The notes under the pieces: model-generated | Database searches by the model: none | Seen by the model: the letters and a program-made list of their open reading frames with translations, nothing else | Told to the model about the DNA's origin: nothing | Part shown: positions 35,970 through 41,880 of the stretch, one piece after another | How positions within the stretch are numbered: the first letter of the stretch is position 1 | Layout of the letters: every line of letters starts with the position of its first letter | Position numbers and translations under genes: made by a program | NCBI RefSeq assembly: GCF_000696425.1 | Contig: NW_007726576.1 | Span: forward strand, 660,522 to 702,401 | Reading direction: 5' to 3' | DNA from: Galeopterus variegatus | Taxonomy: Eukaryota | DNA: 41,880 nucleotides

Positions 35970-36058
35970 CCAGGAATGGATGTCTAGTAGCCCTTGCCAG
36001 CTCAGCATAAAAATGGATTATTTTATTGACCACGACAACTTGAGACAGCATCTCAGCT
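35970..36058 (-). CDS. PARP4: Candidate PARP4 helical-domain exon, boundaries tentative. Translation: AEMLSQVVVVNKIIHFYAELARATRHPFL(G)
   Basis: Minus-strand open frame with acceptor ccatgtgcag|A and possible donors CTGG|gtgaag or GTGCT|gtgagc. Similarity to human 'TLSQEVSDLVEMIWAEALGHLEHMLL' is weak. It lies in the correct order between 37175-37359 and 34789-34949. Confidence 0.3.
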
Positions 36059-36700
36059 CTGCACATGGAAAGCTTCCTGTTCTCTTTCTCTATTGGTTCT
36101 AAGTGCCTCTCCCATCTGTGTGTCTTCAATCTCATGTGCACTAATAAAGCTGAATGCTAAACACTGCAGTGAGTTCATCTTCAAGGGCCTAGAAGCTTTA
36201 TGAGAACAGAAACCTTTTCTGTTTCTAAAATCAGAGAAGAAAGGTAGCCAGAAAGCTCAGCCTGTGAGATGGTTTGTTTCAAAGGAAGGGTTAACATCTG
36301 TGTTCACATCCAGACATGAACTATACCAAAGAGCTCCTCACGGCATGAAATGGGAAGACATTTCACTTAATGTTGCTCAAATCCAACTTTGCCTTTCAGA
36401 GGAATCTCTCGGCAGACAAGCCAGCCCTCTACAGCAAGATCCAAGAGAAGTGGAATCACAGTGGCCAGGCCTTTCATCTGGATGGACAACAGTGTGGCCA
36501 GGTACCTGTTGCTCCTAAGGGATAAGGTGTTGAGGGAACTACATATGAACTGAGCTTGCTGGGTGGCCGGTGCACTGGAAGGTGGACGTGGCTAGCCAGT
36601 CACAGACTGCAGACGCACCGTTAGCCAAAGACCACAGCAGAAGTCAACTGCACCTTCTCCCAGCAGTTTCTATCAAGTGTTCTTTAAAAAGTTTGCTGCT

Positions 36701-36928
36701 GGGGCCGGCCCGGTGGCGCACTGGATAGTGCGCTGCTTGGGAAGCGCGGCGGCGCTCCCGCCCGAGGGTTCGGATCCCACATACAGACCGGTTCCCGCTC
36801 ACTGGCTGAGCGAGGCGCGGGAGCAACACCGAGGGTTGCAATCCCGTTGCTGGTCCCGGTCCGGTACGGGGGCAACACTGAGGGTTGCGATCCGTTGCCG
36901 GACACGGAAAAAAGACAAAAAAAAAAAA
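36701..36928 (+). mobile_element. tRNA-derived SINE, class A
   Basis: GGGGCCGGCCCGGTGGCGCACTGGATAGTGCGCTGCTTGGGAAGCGCGGCGGCGCTCCCGCCCGAGGGTTCGGATCCCACATACAGACCGGTTCCCGCTCACTGGCTGAGCGAGGCGCGGGAGCAACACCGAGGGTTGCAATCCCGTTGC...GGACACGGAAAAAAGACAAAAAAAAAAAAAAA. The 13-bp TSD AAAGTTTGCTGCT is at 36688-36700 and 36929-36941. Confidence 0.9.
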
Positions 36929-37173
36929 AAAGTTTGCTGCTCCACAAGCAGACACATGCATACGAGAGTGTTGGCAGCTTTCTGATTTTAAACCCTACTA
37001 CAACACTGTGGCAGGCCCTATGGTTGCAATCCCGTTGCTGGTCCCGGTCCGGTACGGGGGCAACACTGAGGGTTGCGATCCGTTGCCGGACACGGAAAAA
37101 AGACAAAAAAAAAAAAAAAGTTTGCTGCTCCACAAGCAGACACATGCATACGAGAGTGTTGGCAGCTTTCTGA
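36835..37173. repeat. Duplicated block: the SINE 3' half plus 56 bp of 3' flank (36835-36985) repeated at 37022-37173, with a 36-bp filler (36986-37021) between
   Basis: 'ggttgcaatcccgttgctggtcccggtccggtacgggggcaacactgagggttgcgatccgttgccggacacggaaaaaagacaaaaaaaaaaaaaaagtttgctgctccacaagcagacacatgcatacgagagtgttggcagctttctga' occurs twice. The filler 'ttttaaaccctactacaacactgtggcaggccctat' matches 38963-38998 with one mismatch. Confidence 0.85.
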
Positions 37174-37174
37174 C

Positions 37175-37359
37175 ATGCTATTTAGCATCTCCGTGAGAAG
37201 AACAAACCACTTGACATATTTGCTCTGATAAACAGCATTTTTCTTTTCAACCTTCTGGATAATTTCATGCTCACTAAGAAGAATGTGTGGAATTACTCCA
37301 GAGGAGTCCAAGAAACGTACCTCTAGCCAGCTGTTCACATCTTTCTTTTCAAGCTCCAC
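37175..37359 (-). CDS. PARP4: Candidate PARP4 helical-domain exon, donor tentative. Translation: VELEKKDVNSWLEVRFLDSSGVIPHILLSEHEIIQKVEKKNAVYQSKYVKWFVLLTEMLNS
   Basis: Acceptor gattttcacag|GTGGAG. The 61-codon open frame resembles my memory of human 'IEELKKQGFLLREHFTPEATQLASEQLQALLLEEVMNSS' (ELEKK / LLSEH / LLTEMLNS). Only a weak donor, AGCAT|gtcaga at 37174, is available, and it sits directly beside the duplicated block. Confidence 0.4.
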
Positions 37360-37446
37360 CTGTGAAAATCTGCATTTTGTGGCTTTGAGGCACGGGAAAA
37401 CATCTACTTGGGAATAAGCTGAGATCGTGAATTGTGTGTTTTTTTT

Positions 37447-37530
37447 TCACAGCTGGCCAGTATGGGGATCTCAACCAGTGATCTCAGTGTTATAAGACTG
37501 TGCTCTAGCCAACTCAGTGAACCTGCCAGC
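37447..37530 (-). mobile_element. Old, diverged class B-like SINE fragment
   Basis: 'agctggccagtatggggatctcaaccagtgatctcagtgttataagactgtgctctagccaactcagtgaacctgccagccc' parallels the reverse complement of the class B SINE (gatgaccggtaaggggatcttaaccc...gtgagccacgggccggccc). Confidence 0.3.
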
Positions 37531-39349
37531 CCTGCGAATGTGTTTTATTTGTGAGCTATGGCAGAAATGCAGATTGACTTAACCTTTCCCTGAAGACAGT
37601 CAGGGTGAAGGCACAGCCTTTATGAAGAACAAGGTGACATGGCTCACACAAACATGGTGTCAACCACCAAGTTACTGAAGTTTACATTACTTAACTGCTA
37701 TGTCCTTCCAAAGTGAGTTAAGACCTCATGCTTCGTCAGAAAAGGACTTGAAGGGAAACTCTTATATGTAAGGTTTACAACTAGCCATAGACAGCCTACA
37801 ACATGAAATGCACAATCATGTAAAATAAGATATTCTATTACACAGTCACACAATACACACAGCACATTCCGAGTGCATGTGCGTTTGTGTAGAGATGGCA
37901 CTAAAATTTCTAGCACAGGAATACCTGTTTCCACAATAACTGATGCCCATAAAGATATTTCACAGTCTGAAATCATGGAATTCTAAGAGTTTACATGGGA
38001 TGTTTAACACAGAACCAGCAATTGGTCCACACAACTCTGAATTATTCACTGTATCTTCAAAGTAGTATGAGCTACTTAAAAGGGAAACTGTAAGGTCTAA
38101 CAGCACAGGTCTGGGAAGGTGAAAGGGGCATAGACTAAGGCTGCCTGGTAGGTAGGTCAGTGTCCAGGACCTGCTGCCCAGTGAGGAAGCCAGCAGGAAA
38201 GCCTGGCTGGGACGGCACCACCTGGGGAGAGGCAGGCACCTGCTGTGTCCACAGGAGGGGGGTCTGGAAGAACCTTCCACACACGTTTCCTCTGGAGGAG
38301 GCACTGTGAGTGGTGGCTTTTCAAAAGGCCCTTTGTACTGGTAGCTGTCCTTGGGTTTTGGTGGTTTCAATGGTTGCTGCTGTTTCTTCCAAGAAAAGAG
38401 GAGGTGATACACTCCTGTTTCCATCGTCCTTTCTTGCAGTCAATGCCACAGGCAAAAAATGCAGGCACCAAGACACCTGACCAGAGAAGCAGTGACCAGC
38501 ATTGCACAAAGACCAGGGCTCATGCCAGCACCAGCTTCCACAGGATGCCCCACTTCAAACCAGAGGTTTAGTTCATGTCACAGAAGCACATGCCATGAAG
38601 TTACGGTTTCTGATGAACAGATCAGTGTGAAAAATGAAGAGAAGGCTGTATTTCCACAGAAGCAGCTCATCTGGAAAACACCCCAAAGCATCTGATACTG
38701 CTTTTTGGATGAAGTTTATCTGGCAGACTCTGATGAACAGGGGAGGCTGGTCTTGATTCAAAAATTAAGATTACTCCCACATTTCCAAGTTTTCAGAGAC
38801 ATTCGGCTTTGGGGGTCTTCATGCTGGGGGGCCTTATCCCTTGCTCACAATCTGTTTAATGGTGTCAAGGAGCTGCAAGCGCCAGGAGGCACAGTGCTCG
38901 GGGTGAACGGGGGAGGGCCAGAGCACATCCCTGTCAATAAAGCTTGTTCAGATACATCATTCTTTTAATCCCTACTACAACACTGTGGCAGGCCCTATCA
39001 TCCTCACTGTACAGCTGAGAAAGTGAGGCTCTGAGAAGTTAAATCAATTGCTCAAGATCCCACAGCGAGGAGGGATAGTGACTGTGATATGATGAAAATA
39101 TGTATTTGGACTTCGTCCTCCTCTCCTGGCACACAACTCCTAAAATCCTTAGAATCTCCAAAGTGGTAAGAGTCTCTTCATATGCTGACAATGGCTGGCA
39201 GCCCCCTAGGTAGCTTCAGGATGGGTCTGGTCGCAGGAAAGCCCAAGACCGGACTGAAGGTTGTGACTTCCAGTCCCACCCACAACCTCCTGAGAGGGGA
39301 GAGGGGCTGAAGGTTAATTCGATCACCAGAGGCCAGTGGTTTAATCAAT

Positions 39350-39900
39350 CATGCCTATGTAATGAAGCCTCCATAAAAACCCAAGATGCTGGAGTCTGGA
39401 CAGCTTCCAGATAGCCAAATACATGGAGATTCCCGGAGGGTGGGCCCAGGGAGGGCATGGAAGCCCCGTGCCCCTCCCCCACACCTCGCGCTATGTGTTT
39501 CTTTGTATGTTTTGTAATGCCCTTTATAATAAACTGGTAAACGCAAGTATGGGTTTCCCTGAGTTCTATGAGCCACTAAGCAAATTAATCGAACCCAAGG
39601 AAGGGGTTGTGGGAACCCCAATTTATAGCTAGTTGGTTAGAAGTTCTAGAGGCCTGGACTTGTGACTGGCATCTGAGATAGGGGCAGTCCTGGGGACTGA
39701 GCCCTCAACCTGGGGGATCTGATGCTCTCCAGGTAGATAGTGTTGGAATTGAATTGGAGGATACCCAGCTAACATCCACTGTGGAATCGATTGCTTGTTT
39801 GCTGGTGGAGAGAAATCCCCACACACTTGGTCACAGAAGTTGGTCTTCTGTGATGCTTGTTGTGCATGAGAACAGAGGAAGGAGTGTGTGTTCTTTCCCA
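39350..39900 (+). mobile_element. Possible ERV-type LTR relic
   Basis: '...tgtaatgccctttataataaactggtaaacgcaagtatgggtttccctgagttctatgagccactaagcaaattaatcgaacccaaggaagggg...' looks like an LTR U3/R region with a poly-A signal. The call is weak. Confidence 0.2.
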
Positions 39901-40239
39901 CTCACACAGTGACTAAATGGGATCTTGGGATCATTAGACTTCAAGTCCAATTCTGCTTTAAAAATTCATTAACTGTGTTCTGTATACCAGGCTCTGTATT
40001 AGGTTTGAAAGATACAAAGATGAGTAAGACATGGGTCCCTTCCGTTCATCTATTCATAGGTACTGGAGCTTGGAGGAGGGACCACAGCTCCTGGTGATAT
40101 GAATTAGGTTTAGTCTATGAGCTTATTGCTTTAGGATCTTTGAGACTGAGGAGCCACTGAAGAGGAGCTCTGGCCTCTCTGCTTCCAAGCATCTTCATGA
40201 CCTTGGTGTGGGGCGGGCCTTCCTAACTGTAACTCAAAT

Positions 40240-40850
40240 CCACCAGCCAGAAAATAAAAGATTAATGCATTTTTCTATATAAAAGCAAAAAACTTCTATA
40301 TGGTAGAAACAAAACAAGCCAACCACCAGCAGCACCAACAAAAATTTATCATAAGGAAAATAAGACAAACTGGGAAAATGTTTGCAGCTCATATCACAGA
40401 CTATGGGCTTACCTCAGATATAAAGAGCTCTTAAAAGTCATGAAGAAAAATATCAAGATCCATAAGAAAAAAGGCAAAGGACATGAACAGACAGTCCACA
40501 GAAGAAGAAACATGTCCCTTAATCATTTGGAAAGGTGCTCAGCCTCAGAAGAGTGAGAGGCCATATCTCGTCCATACCACTGGCAGAAGTCTAAGAGTCT
40601 GACAAACATGCCTCCGTAAGACTACAGGAAACAGAAACTCTCATCCTTTGATAGTGGGAGGGCAAAATGGTACAAAACTTATGAGGGAATCAGACAATAT
40701 CTATCAAAATTACAGATGCATTTATCTACTTCTAGGACCCTATGCCAGGGACACCCTGTAAAGTATGAAATGACAGGAATACGAGGTTATTCATTGTGAC
40801 ACTGTTTATGGTAGCAATACCCTGAAACAACAATATCCAAATGTCTGGCG
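40240..40850 (+). mobile_element. Older L1 ORF2 3' fragment, interrupted at 40850 by the nested L1
   Basis: The translation resembles the L1 ORF2 C-terminal region (…HFSKEDIQMANRHMK…[10 protein letters not shown]…GTLLHCWW…, compare 'KGKGHEQTVHRRRNMSLNHLE...'). It stops at 'ccaaatgtc', the equivalent of 'aaatatccatcaatgg' at 2621-2636 in the first L1. Confidence 0.7.
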
Positions 40851-41528
40851 ACCTGCCGAGCGGAGGCGGGGAGGGGCGGGGGTGCAGAGGTGCTGCCACC
40901 GGGGCGAGCCAGTCGGGAGCGCGTGAGGCGTCGGGAGGCTGAGCCCCGCAGCGAGTCCCCTACGTGCACTCGCCGCCCGCCAGCCACCATGGCGTTTCTC
41001 CTGCGCGTGGTGCTCCTCCTGTGCGGAGTCGCCGGCATTAGCAGCCAAGCAGCGCAGCGCCATGTTGGATGCTCTGCTGGTTGAGTGAAGAAAATCCACC
41101 GGCATCGCCTGAGCCCCGCACCCGAGAAGGGCACCGCTTCCCCCGGGGAGGGGGACAAAGACTCCCCGCCCCCGGCCCATGAGGATATTGCGTGAAAGGC
41201 TCAGCGGCTGCAGCAGGAACCGGACTGGCACCGGGGCGGCAGCAGCAGCGGCAGCAGCAGTACCGCCTCCTCACCCAGTGGCGACAGCAGCGGCGGCGGC
41301 AGCTGCGGCCCCTCCTCACCCGAACATCAGGGCCCTCCAGACCCAGGTGCCCCAACATATGGAGCCGAGCGGGAGCCAACGGGCGGCGGCCGCACTCAGA
41401 CCGGGGACTCCGCGCGCTGCCCCGGATTCTCCTCTGAGTCTGCTGCTCTGTTCATTAGACTGCCCAGTGGAACAGAAGACACTCTGCTCATTTCATCTGA
41501 TCTGTGGACTGTGAAACCCCCAGCCACA
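40851..41528 (+). promoter_or_regulatory. CpG-rich L1 5'UTR / internal promoter candidate, with no monomer array
   Basis: Very high CpG and G+C content, with (CAG/CGG)n-like runs. It lies immediately 5' of the ORF1 ATG and begins exactly where the older L1 is interrupted. Confidence 0.45.
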
Positions 41529-41587
41529 ATGAACAAACATCAAAGAAAAGATACCAGAAATACAAAAAATCAAGAAAGTACACCACC

Positions 41588-41756
41588 ATGGGCCGGCCTG
41601 TGGCTCACTCGGTAGAGTGCGGTGTTGATAACACCAAGGCCACGGGTTCGGATCCCATATATGGGATGGCCGGTTTGCTCACTGGCTGAGCGTGGTGCTG
41701 ACAACACCAAGCCAAGTGTTGAGATCCCCTTACCGGTCATCTTTAAAAAAAAAAAA
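41588..41756 (+). mobile_element. tRNA-derived SINE, class B, inserted in L1 ORF1
   Basis: GGGCCGGCCTGTGGCTCACTCGGTAGAGTGCGGTGTTGATAACACCAAGGCCACGGGTTCGGATCCCATATATGGGATGGCCGGTTTGCTCACTGGCTGAGCGTGGTGCTGACAACACCAAGCCAAGTGTTGAGATCCCCTTACCGGTCATCTTTAAAAAAAAAAAA. The 14-bp TSD GAAAGTACACCACC is at 41574-41587 and 41757-41770. Removing it restores the ORF1 frame. Confidence 0.9.
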
Positions 41757-41880
41757 GAAAGTACACCACCAAAAGATAATAAATCTCAAGCTCTAGATCC
41801 TATAGAACAAGAAGCCCTTGAAATGACTGACAAGGAATTTTGAGTGATAATTCTAAGGAAACTGAATGAGATACAAGAAA

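Larger units (their letters stand above)
40851..41880 (+). mobile_element. L1 5' end (5'-intact 5'UTR plus start of ORF1), nested in the older L1, inactive, continuing beyond the window
   Basis: ORF1 starts at 41529 (MNKHQRKDTRNTKNQESTPP | SINE | KDNKSQALDPIEQEALEMTDKEF*VIILRKLNEIQE). A CGA-to-TGA stop replaces the conserved R of 'EFRVI'. The ~680-bp CpG-rich region upstream is the putative 5'UTR. Confidence 0.75.

Noticed and set aside
37960-38424. The longest non-repeat ORF in the window (154 aa, minus strand, proline-rich: …PLKPPKPKDSYQYKGPFEKPPLTVPPPEE…).
   Set aside because: It has low-complexity composition, no recognisable domain, no similarity to PARP4 at this position and no splice-site support. 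An open frame of this length is not unusual in GC-moderate intronic DNA. It is left unannotated.
40851-41528. CpG island with a Kozak ATG and a signal-peptide-like ORF (gccaccATGG… MAFLLRVVLLLCGVAGISSQ…, 40890-41084), plus a poly-Ala/Gln ORF at 41179-41514. Either could be a host-gene promoter and first exon, possibly of PARP4.
   Set aside because: The region begins exactly where an older L1 is interrupted and runs straight into a recognisable L1 ORF1 start at 41529, so it is most simply an L1 5'UTR. The short ORF ends after 64 codons with no good donor. The PARP4 N-terminal BRCT sequence is not encoded here.

Overview
This window is eukaryotic, placental-mammal nuclear DNA, not a prokaryotic locus. 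It covers about 42 kb of the PARP4 (vault poly-ADP-ribose polymerase) gene on the minus strand. Nine consecutive exons (helical/regulatory end, PARP catalytic domain, start of the VIT domain) can be spliced with canonical AG/GT sites and conserved phases, and two weaker upstream exon candidates exist. The introns are packed with retroelements. There are at least 16 tRNA-derived SINE copies of three structural classes, all with intact target-site duplications (TSDs), apart from three degenerate fragments. Their tRNA-Ile-like multimeric structure fits the dermopteran (colugo) CYN/t-SINE description. There are five L1 pieces: one roughly 5.7 kb copy with a ~60-bp monomer array in its 5'UTR, and one 5'-intact copy nested in an older L1. 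L2/MIR, MaLR-LTR and hAT-MITE relics are also present. I find no CRISPR array, operon, or defence-system architecture; nearly all listed ORFs are translations of SINE, L1 or L2 sequence. The unusual things are: (i) three independent tandem duplications sitting exactly at SINE/flank junctions (103 bp x5; 171 bp x2; 152 bp x2 with a 36-bp filler copied from 2 kb away); (ii) a ~90-bp-arm foldback palindrome with a SINE in its loop; (iii) an apparent 1-bp frameshift in a conserved PARP4 catalytic-domain exon; (iv) missing or non-canonical helical-domain exons upstream. Gene, repeat-family and species calls rest on recognition from memory of PARP1/PARP4 proteins and repeat consensus sequences, not on database searches.
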